Source: Octopus vulgaris
Taxonomy: Eukaryota
Assembly: GCA_951406725.2 (NCBI GenBank)
Contig: OX597821.1
Span: forward strand, 57,226,001-57,290,000
Direction of reading: 5' to 3'
DNA length: 64,000 bases
Shown here: piece by piece, positions 25,154 to 36,867 of the stretch
Position numbering within the stretch: the stretch's first letter is position 1
Layout of the letters: every line of letters starts with the position of its first letter
Position numbers and translations under genes: made by a program
Notes under the pieces: model-generated
What the model was told of the DNA's origin: nothing
Databases searched by the model: none
What the model saw: the letters and a program-made list of their open reading frames with translations, nothing else

Positions 25154-27512
25154 TATGTTTGTGTGAATGTGTGTATACATATGTGTATGTTTGTGTATGT
25201 TTGTATATATGTGTGTGTATGTATATGTGTTTGTGTATATATATATATGCATGTGTGTGTATATATATGTATGTTTGTGCATGTATATGTATGTATATAA
25301 ATGTATGCATCCTTATATGTATATATGTGTGTCTATGTGCATATTTTTATCCCTTAGTCTTAACATCACATGAATGTAATAAATCGATGTCATTCAATTT
25401 TCCAATTTTCTGTGAAAACATATCTGGCCATGAGAAGATGTTAGTTTATTTGGAAACAGTGAGGGTTGGCAACAATGAAAGACATCCAGCCATAGAAAAT
25501 CTACCACAGTTTATTCTGTCTAACTCTTGCAAGCATGGAAAAGTGAATGTTAAAACAATTGTGCTGTAGCTAATATGGCTTCAGTGTTTTGCTGCCCTCC
25601 TTCTGCTCTAGACCACATCTCAATTTATTGTCAGAGAGACTTTTGTCTACTTTAAAACATTTTATAATTAGTCACAGGCATGATTGTGTGGTAAGAAGTT
25701 TGCTTCCCGACCACATGGTTCCGGGTTCAGTCCCACTGTGTGACACTTTGAACAAGTGTCTTCTACTATAGCCTCGGGCCAACCAAAGCTTTGTGAGTAG
25801 ATTTGGTTGATGGAAAATGAAAGAAGCCTGTTCATCATTATCATCATCATATTCTTTGTTTAATGTCTGCTTTCCATGCCGGCATTGGTTGGATGGTTTG
25901 ACTGGGGACTGGCAAGCCAGAAGGTTGTACCAGGCTCCAGTCTGATCTGGCAAGGTTTCTACAGTTGGATGCCCTTCCTAATGCCAACCACTTCAAGAGT
26001 GTAGTGGGTGTTTTTTTATATGTCACTGGCATGAGGGCCAGCCAGATGGTACACACACATACATGCACACATACACATACACACATATGTATTTTTGTGA
26101 TCCATCACCGCTTGGCAACTGGTGTTTGTGTGTTTATATCCCCATAACTTAGTTGTTTAGCAAAATAAAAATAAAAAAAAATGAGAGACTGATAGGATAA
26201 GTAGCAAGCTTTAAAATACAAGTACTGGGGTTGATACATTTGACTAAAAATTCTCCAAGGCAGTGCCCCAGCATGGTGGCAGTCTGAGGACTGAAACAAG
26301 TAAAAGATACAAGATAAAAGACAGCCCTAAATGTTCATATATTTGTTTGTCATTGTTAGAATCTTACAGATGTCTCAGAGGCATAAGCTCATGGGTGTCA
26401 AGGTGGGTGCATGAAGATGTGGCTTTGCCAAGAATTGTATCAGCCTTTCAGTGAACATGATAGAATGAGACCCTTAAAATATATGACTTCTGTTCACATT
26501 TCTACTTGCAGGTTGTGTAGTGGGTTGTATGGATGTGGTTTCACTTTATTCACCTATAGATATAGATTTTGCTGTGGGGAAAATGCATTGAGATTATCTG
26601 TGAGAGTGAAGTTGAGTTCCGCAAAGTCAACATGAAGGAACTGGGCCTCCTCCTTAAACTAAGCTATGACCATTCTTACTTAGACAGCCATGACCTAAGT
26701 ACATTCTGCCCCACTTAGTTACAGTGGGGAAGATCACCCACCATCACCTTAACAGTGAAGAAAAGCACTACAGAATGCTAGAATGCAGCATGGAAGGTGT
26801 TTATAAACCATTTAAGAAACACACAAATACTGTTAGATTCACTTCAACATTTAAACTTGATCTGTCGAAATATTTTCGTTGTTTTGAAACTGTGACCTGT
26901 TCACTGACAAAATTTCATGCTGCATCTTAGATAACTATATAGGTAATACAAACAGATAAGCACACACACATGCACAAAAGGAGACGGAAACACATGACAA
27001 TATACACACACTCCAAACACACAAAGACACATATGGTGACACACATCCATACATAAGAGATGCATCACGGAATTTTGTCAGTGAACAGGTTGCGGTTTCA
27101 AAACGATAAAAATATTTTGACAATTTAAATTAAAATGTTGAACTGAATTTAACAGTTTTTGTGTGTTTTGAAATGGCCTATAACACCTTCCATGCTGCAA
27201 TTGTTTTTGTTTCAACACACGATCTCATATCAAGTCACTTGCTATGCAATTACATCTCTGTAATATATAACTATATAGTTAATCCATAAAAACTAAGAAA
27301 AAAACAGAACAAGAAAAACGTGAGGACGCGGCACATGCAAAGTATTAAAAGATGCTCAGGGAAGGAAAGAAAGGGTATTTTACATTTCAAGCAAAACTCT
27401 TCTTCACAAACAAGAGACAGAGGAAAATCTGAGAGAAAAGGAAGATGGAAGCAAAAAGATGGCTTACAATCTACATGTAGTTACTCATACATTGCCTTCA
27501 ATGGGAGAGTCC

Positions 27513-27556
<44 letters not shown>

Positions 27557-30500
27557 ACTCTCTCGTTGAAGACGACATATGAGTGTTTAGCTTTTGCCAA
27601 ACCTGCACAAATGATTTATTTATAATTATCAAACGGTTAGGGTGGCGAGTTGGCGGAAATGTTAGCACACCGGGTAAAATGCGTTGCCGTATTTCGTCTG
27701 CCATTACGTTCTGGGTTCAAATTCCGCTGGGGTCAACTTTGCCTTTCATCCTTTCCGGGTCGATTAAATAAGTACCAGTTACGCACTGGGGTCGATGTAA
27801 CCGACTTAATCCGTTTGTCTGTCCTTGTTTGTCTTCTCTTTTGTTTAGCCCCTTATGGGTAGTAAAGAAATCTTTATATATAAGAGTGAAGTTGTGTGTC
27901 TGTCTCCTACGATTTAGATTCCTAACTACTCCCACATCTTGCGGTGCAGTTTAACCAAAAGCGGGTATCTTATAGCCGTGATTCATATCGAGCCCTTCTG
28001 GGTATTAGTGCGCGTCTATGATGAGTCTACGATTTAAAAAAAAAATGACCATAATTTTTCCGCATTTTTAATGCATTTTCGCTCGCTTTATATAAGGGAA
28101 GTAACTCTCTATAAATGCTTATATAGATACTTCCCTTACAAACCCGAGCAACGCTGGGCGATACTGCTTGTATATAATAATCAAAAGCTTCTGCTTTACA
28201 TTAGCTCACTCCTGTCATCATATTATTGTTGCCTGGACAGGTGCAAGGTGCATCATGTGTCAGGTGTCGAAGTGATCACAGGGCAACATGAGATGAAGTA
28301 TTTTACTCAAGAGCACAACACACCGCCCAGTCTAGGAATTGAAATCACAATAGCTAAATTGTCAGTCCTTCACCCTAACCACTAGGCTGTCCGCCCTTAT
28401 ACACAAACACACACAAACAAAATCACACATATGCACACATGTGTGTGTGTGTGTGCCTTTCTCTTGTTATTGTGTGATGTTGTAAACAAGCATCAGTCAT
28501 CAGACAAGTGGCGTTGTTTGTTCTCAGTCTTCTATGAAAAACATGTCTGCCCTTGGGGAAATGTTTCCATGCTTGGAAACAGGTATGGGTTGGTGACAGG
28601 AGACTTCAACAAATTCTGTCTGATTCCTGCAAGCCTGGAAAAGCGAACGAGAAAACAATGATGATGATGATGATGATGACAATGACGACGACGACTCTAC
28701 ACTTTATTTATTTAAAGTTTGATTTCTCTTCAAGATAGATACATGGTTAATAAAGAGATATTTATAAACTCAATTATATTTATTGATTCTATTTCCTTTG
28801 CAGTTTGTATTAGCAAACAACCTTTCTGTCTGTCATGCACACATATACATGTGCACTCACATACACATATACACACAAATACTTGCATGTATACACACAT
28901 ACATACATACATATACATGTGTGTACATGACAAACTTTTTGTCTTTGAAACCCACTCACAAGGCTTTGGTTTGCCCAGAGCATAGGTTCTCAAAGTGAGT
29001 GCTGTGCACCCCCACCCCCCCGGCAGGCGTTGAGATGGTCGAGGTGGGCGCTGGTGCTTAAGGGAGTGGTAGAGAAAAAGGATGTATTGGGAAGAAGGCT
29101 GTGAATTGGAGGATGCTATGTACTTATTATAACATTATTATAGTATTGTTGTATACATATACAAGTTATATAATATTATATTAAAAATCAAATGATTCAT
29201 AGTATATATAAATTAGTAAAATCTAAAATATTTATTTAGACATAACAATAGGAGTGGGGGCGCTGTGGGTAGTATGTGGTCATGGCCCTAAAAGTTTGAG
29301 AACCTACTGTACAGAACATTTGCATTTAGTGTCATTTAGTGGAACTGAACCCTAGACCATGTGGTTTGGATGTGGACTTCTTAACCTTGTAGTCATCCTT
29401 TCACCTATAATTCTTAGCATATATATCATCATCATGACGTCCATTTTTCCATGCCTGCATGGATCAGACTGAGCTTATTGAAGCATATTTTCAACAGTCA
29501 GATGCCCTTCCTGTTGCCAGTCCTTAACCTGGTTTGAAGCAAGGTAATATTTCCTGATGGTCACCTGTTTCCATAGAATATTGGACATGAATGACATTTG
29601 TTTACATTGCACAATATCAAGAGAATAACACGCACACACACACGCACAGGTCTCATTGGTGCAATCCTCTGGCTTACCAGCATTTGTCAAACTGTCCACC
29701 CCATATGTCAACACAGAAGATGGAAAAGCATGGCTTAGTGGTTAGGGTGTTGCGCTCATGATTGTGAGATTGTGGGTTCTATTCCCAGGCCAGGCGTTGT
29801 GTTGTGTTGTTGAGCAAAGCACTTCATTTCATGTTGCTCTGCAATCATTTCATCATCTGACATGTGGCACCCAGTTGCACCTGTACAGGTAATGCTGATT
29901 TGATGGAGGGAGTTAGCTTATGTCTACACAAACATTTGATCACTATAAGCAAATCATCTGATGATGATAAAGGTACAGCTCTCTTGGTACAGCTGTCTTG
30001 GCGTTGCTGATTTGATGCTTATTTTTTTGACATCATATTACTCTTTTCACTCTTGTACTTGTCTGTCATTTGACTGCGGCCATGCTGGAGCACCGCCTTT
30101 AGTCGAGCAAATTGACCCCGGGACTTATTCTTTGTTAGCCCAGTACTTATTCTATTGGTCTCTTTTGCCGAACTGCTAAGTTACGGGGACATAAACACAC
30201 CAGCATCGGTTGTTAAGTAATGTTGGTGGGGACAAACACAGACACGCACACACATACGACAGGCTTCTTTCAGTTTCCATCTACCAAACCCACTCACAAG
30301 GCTTTAGTCAGCCCAAAGCTATAGTAAGACACTTGCCCAAGGTGCCATGCAGCGGGACTGATCCCGGAACCATGTGGTTGGTAAGCTAGCTACTTACCAC
30401 CCAGCCACTGCTGTGCCTATGTTTGATTTTTCTTTCATTCTCTCCCTCCTTTCACTTTCTCTATTTTTGTGTATGAACAGGTTTCTCTTTTATGCTTATG

Positions 30501-31587
30501 ATGAGAGGGAAATTATGTCACTTATTTTCTATCAGTATGACTATATTTCTGCACACACACATATGCATGTTTGCGTGTGTATGTGTGTGTGTGTGTGTGT
30601 TTGCCTCCAGTGTCAAAAGTACTCATCATCAAAACAGGCTGAATGTCCAGTCAGCCATGCCAAATCATCAGTGTTCAAACAGCTGTGCTCAATTGTCTCA
30701 TGCTGTGATGATGATGAATGATTTTGATTTACATATCCAACATGTCTTTCCTTATTTTAAAGATGTGTTTGATTTGAGGGAGAATTTGGTTTCTTTTTCC
30801 AGCAGTTGCTGTGTCTCTGTAGAGATTTCCTCATTGTCTCTATAATATTATTACTCTGATAAGGCGGCAAAAGTACCTGTTACACACTGGGGGTCAATGT
30901 AATTGACTTAACCCCATTGTCTGCCCTTGTTTGTCCCCTCCATGTTTAACCCCCTGTGGGCACTAAAAAAATAATTTAAAGGCAGCGAGCAGGCAGAAAC
31001 GTTAGCACCCCGGGCGAAATGCTTAGCAGTCTTTTGTTTGCTGTTACATTCTGAGTTCGAATTCCACCGAGGTTGACTTTGCCTTTCATCTTTTCGGGGT
31101 CGATTAAACAAGTACCAGGCATGCACTGGGATCGATGTAATTGACTTAATCCCTTTGTCTGTCCCTGTTTGTCCCCTGTGAGCAATAGATAAATAAATAT
31201 TATTACTCTGTTTTCTTCTTGCTCTCCAGGTGTACAGTTGACAAAAGCCATCTAAATATCCAACCTGCATTGCTCCATGTTGAAGTTATTCCATATTTTC
31301 ACGGTAAGAAATCTCTCAAAACATACTTTTTTTTTTATTTATTTTTACTTTTCACTTTTCACTTTTTCTTTGTCTTCTTCCACCTTTATTCTTTCACTCT
31401 TATTCAACATGCACACATGCACACACTCACACAGAATCACACCCACATGCTCTCTCTCTTTCTCTTCTCTTTTTGTTGCTTTTCATTCTTCTGCACTTCT
31501 CTCTCTCTCCCCTCTGTTTCTCTCTCTTGTATTTCTCTTCTGTATTTCTCTCTTTCTATCTTTCGCTCCTGTATCTCTCTCTCTCTC

Positions 31588-31630
<43 letters not shown>

Positions 31631-34070
31631 CCCTGTATCTCTTTCCTCATGTATCTCTCTTTCTCTCTCCTGTATCTCTCTTTCTCTCTCTCTCCCCTAT
31701 GTCTCCTCCTCATGTATCTCTCTCTCTTCCCTGTATATCTCTCTCTCCTGTATCTTTCTCTCTCTCTCTCCCCTGTATCTCTCTCCTCATGTATCTCTCT
31801 CTCTCTCTCCAGTATCTCTCTCTTTCTCCTGTATATCTCTCGTTCTCTCCCATATCTCTCTCTCCCCTGTATTTCTCTTTCTCTCTCCTGTATCTCTCTC
31901 TCCCTTGTATCTCTCTCCTCATGTATCTCTCTCTCCCCTGTATCTCTCTCTCTCTCCCCTGTATCTCTCTTTCTCTCTCCTCATGTATCTCCCTCTCTCC
32001 CTGTATCTCTCTCTTTCTCTCTCCTGTATATCTCTCGTTCTCTCCTGTATCTCTCTTTCTCTCTCCCCTGTATCTCTCTCCTCATGTATCCCCCTCTCTC
32101 CCTGTATCTCTCTCCTCATGTATCTCTCTCTCTCTCTCCTGTATATCTCTCTCTCTCCTGTATATCTCTCTCTCTCCTGTATATCTCTCGTTCTCTCCTG
32201 TATCTCTCTTTCTCTCTCTCTCTCCTGTATCTCTCTTTCTCTCCCTCTCATTATCATTGTGTTTTCATCTCTTTATGCACAAAGACTACCTCTCTTACAT
32301 ACAAACTCTCTCTCCTGGCACATCTCTCTCTCTCTCTCTCTCTCTACTATTTTCGTTGTTTCACTCTGCCTATTCCCTATGTGTGTGTGTACATGTGTAG
32401 CCTGCATGGCTGTGTCTTTCCTTCATTCAAGTGGTGTTGATAACAAGGCAGCGGTGCCTTCGCCTTGCCATACTCTCAGATATCTTCTTCATTATGAAAG
32501 AACATCTCATGGAAGTACTACATCTGTAATTTTAGTGCAAAAGCAGTCAAATGGACATCTATCACACACACACAGGTATGAAGGTATTGTTAAGAAGCTT
32601 ACTTCTCAGCCATGTGGTTCCAGGTACAGTCCCACAGCATGGTACCTTCGGCAAGTGTCTTCTATTATAGCCTTGTACTGACCAAAGACTTTTGAGTAGA
32701 TTTGGTAGATGGAAACTGAAAGAATCCTGTTATATTTGTATAGGTGTGTGGGGGTGTTTGTGTGTGTATCTACGCTTGTATATATATATATATATGTGTG
32801 TGTGTGTAAATATATATTTGTTTGTATCACACACACCCCACATTTGACAACCAGTCCACTGTTGATTTGTTTACAATCTTGTAACTTAGTGGTTTCACAA
32901 AAGAGAATGATACAGTGAGCACCAAGCTTTGGAAAATAAATGCTGGGGTCAACTTGTTTGACTAAACCTTCAAAGTGGTGCTCCAGTATGGTCACAGCTC
33001 AATGATTGAAACAGATAAAAGATGATGTGTGTGTGGAATGAGTAGCACACACAAGATGTATTTGGCAGATTTTAGGATGAATGTTATATAAAACGTTCCC
33101 TAACAGTGAAAGGAACCCTTGGAAGAGGGAGACCCAAGAAGACAAGGGATGAGGTGGTGAAGCACGACCTTTGAACATTGGGCCTCACGGAGGCAATGAC
33201 AAGAGACCAAGATGTCTGGTGATATACTGTGATTGAGAAGACCTGACAAGTAAAGTGAGATCACAGCCGTAGCCTATACCAGTGTCACATGACCAGGCCC
33301 TTTAAAAAGTACCTTTGTATCATCAGGCTGTGCTTGAGGAAACTTATTGGGTCAAGTAAAATCAAAATCAGATTCAGAATCTCAATCAAATCGAAATTGT
33401 GGTTGTGGCTGATGCCAGTTCCACCTGACTGGCTCCCCTACTGGTGGCATGCAATAAGCACCATTCATGTGTTGGTCAATACCAGTGCTGCCAGACTGGC
33501 TTCTTGTGCCGGTGGCACGTAAAGAGCACCATCTGAACATGGTCAATGCTTGGCAGTCCAGTGTAATGTTTGTTGATTGATTCCATCATAGGGTAAGACG
33601 AGCCTCCGTCTTCAGGGAATAGTTTTTACATTTGAGGTGTTATAGGAAAGAAGGTAAGGTCAAAGATGGAATTCCTTCTTTGAAGTTTTCTCTTTTAACA
33701 TCTCAAATGTAAGATTTCTTCCCTGAAGATGGAGGCTCATCTCACCCTATGATGGAATCAATCTACAAACATTATTTTGGACCTCTGAGACCCCAGAAAT
33801 AGCTGTTGAATTTGTAACACTTTTCCCCAATCCCTTTAATCCTCTATTTCATTTGTATTCTGTGTAATCGAACATTTTTGTCTGTAAACATATATACATC
33901 TTTTGTAGGCATTCCTTGTGTTTCATGTTTTAAAACTTTATATATTGATCTGTCTAACTTGCGCAACCTTACATTTACTTCTATACCTACTCAAGTTTAA
34001 TCTTCTTGAGCACTTCTAAGTGTATTCTATACAGAGAATATCTAATTTTCATCCATGATTTATATGTATG

Positions 34071-34138
<68 letters not shown>

Positions 34139-36826
34139 AGCAAACTCCTCACCACACATCCACAGATATTTTTATATTGAACTGGTGTTGAGGACTTAAG
34201 AACAATTTCTTGTATTGATTTATGACTGATGGTTTTAATTTAAATATAGAATACTTTAAAACTAATGAGTTTTATATCAGAGAAATGGATTGCAGTCTCA
34301 GACAGGATGATATCATCATTATCAACATCATTTTGATATCCACTTCTTGATGTTTGCATGGGTTGGATGGAATTTGTTAAAGTGAATCTCAACCATCTTC
34401 ACCTGTTTCCAAAAAGGTAATATTTCCCCATGGCCAAATGTGTTTCATGGATGAGTGGAAATTAAGGACACCACTTGTGTAATGGTGACACTTACTTACA
34501 ACTATCATGTGATATCAAGGCAAGGAGACAGTAACATCCATCCATCAATCAATCGATCAATCAATCATCAAAAGGAATACAGGTGGAATATTCCCACCAG
34601 AATTTCTGTCAAGTGTAAATATAAGAGGCTGGATATCGTTGTTTAGGACAGATAAGAAAAGGTATGTACCATCATAGAAGCTATCTGTCCTGCTGATGTG
34701 AATATCTCTATGTAAAACAAAGAGAAAGTGGATAACCACAGACAGTTGCTTTGAAAGCTCCAGCTTCTATACCCAGAATTTATACACCAATTATTATTGG
34801 TATAAATCCATATTTATACCAGTAATAATTTATGCACTTGGTTTTGTGAGTAAATGCCTGAGTGAAAATCTGGATAAGCTAGGGTTTCCAGAAAAAGAAA
34901 TCAACCAACTAACTTGGGCATTACAATTACAATTTCTAAGTGGAACAGTCAGAATATGCAAGACTTTTCTCAAATGTAAAATGTGACATCATTTTTGTTA
35001 TGATGGAGTTTTGTATCTTTGCTAGAAACAAGCTCCTCCCCCAGAGGAAGAATTTTACCCTTTCATTACCAATCTGGCTGAAACTGGCTCTGGCTTTGAG
35101 TACAAATGTCTTGTTTTCATAAGTTTTGAATCAAAATCTTCCACCAAAACTCAGTCACAATTTATGTTCCTAACACTAGCTGAATGATAACTAAGTTATT
35201 TTACTAGAATTCTTTGTTATATTTAAAGTAATTGAAAGAAACACAGAGCATCTCAAAATAAATACAGTAACGAAAGGGTTAAATCATTAAAAACAGATGA
35301 GAACCTACATACATAAGTACATACACACATACATACATGCAAAATACCTTGTTGTTGGATTGAGGTCAGAAATCAGCTCTTTTTCTATTGGCAAGAAATC
35401 TTGAAACAAAAAGCCAAATAATGACATACATGCATGCTTGCTTCCTTCAGTTTTCATTTACCAAATCCAACTGCAAGGCTTTGATTAGCCTGGGGCTATA
35501 GTAGAAGACTCTTGGGACTGTACTCAAAGCCATGTGGTTTGGAAGCAAACTTATTGCTACACCTGCATTTGATTAAAGGAACAAAAAAGTAGAAACTGAT
35601 ACAAATAGAACAGAGAAGTGTAATTTTATAGTTTATGAGAAAATGTTAATAGTTTCTTTTTATTACTTTTCTGCTATCTCAAGATTATCTTGTGAAATTT
35701 ATGGCATCTAATTACAGGGTTGCCTTGTTGAATATTGAAACAACAAATAATGTTTTTTGCAATTTGTTCCAAATTAGCATTTCATTTTCTACTAACTCTG
35801 CCCCTCCATCCTTACTATTACTTTTTGGTTTCAAATTTTGGCACACAGCCAGTAATTTCGAGGGACAGGGCAAGTCAATTACATCAACCCCAATGCTCAA
35901 TTGATACCTGTTTTATCAACCCCAGAAGGATGATAGGTAAAGTTGACTTTGGCAAAATTTGAACTCAGAACATAAAGACAGATGAAATGCTGTTGAACAT
36001 TTTGCCCAGCATGCTAACGGTTCTGCTGGTTTGTCACCTTTGGACTGTTGCATATTAGAAACAGCTCTGTTGAAAATCAGACTTATTATTTCCAAAAACT
36101 GATGGTTTTTCCTGTTGTCATTGAAAGCATGAAACAATCTTCATCATTTAATGTTTAATTTTCCATCCTTGCATGGGTCAAACAGAATTTATTAAAGCAA
36201 GATTTTTTTATGGTTGGGTGCCTTTCCTGTTGTCAGCCCTTACCTGTTTCACAGCAAGTTAATATTTCCCCTTGACCAGATATGTTTTTGCAGAATATTG
36301 GAAAGAAATGACACTGCTCTTATGATAGCTATTCTCCTTTATGGCTATTATACAATATAAAGACGAGGAGACATAAGTACATGCTCACACACAGACAAAA
36401 TATCGATATCTACCACTCTCGGATACAATCCGAGGTGAGTTGTCTCATTTTGTCTATGACATTCGGGTGTTCTTTAACCCTTTCATGACTATATTTCTGA
36501 TAAGATGCTCTATGATTCTTTCAATTAATTTTAAATATAACAAACAACTTAGTAAAATAACTTTGTTATCATTCAGCTAGTGTTAGGAACATTAAATGTG
36601 TCTAAGGTTTGGTGGAAGATTTTAATTCAGAATTTGTGTAAACAAGACGTTTGTACTACAGAGCCAGAGCTGGTTTCAGCCGGGTTGGTATTGAAAGGGA
36701 TAATGCTCAGCATTGTGTAGACAGCTACCCCAGATACTATCCCATAGCAAATTCGGTGTATAAACAAAACATTCTGTGTGTATGTGTGTGACGATTAATA
36801 GACACAAACATTCATACATACACACT

Positions 36827-36867
<41 letters not shown>

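Noticed and set aside
30600-30705. Duplicated exon-like peptide (CLQCQK…AECPV.HAKSS), with an inverted relative at 59950-60055
   Set aside because: No splice sites and adjacent to (CA)n in both places; best explained as an old dispersed repeat.
31219-32681. Three overlapping ORFs of about 390-400 aa
   Set aside because: Produced by the stop-free CT minisatellite, open in all three frames; only 31230-31303 is a real exon.
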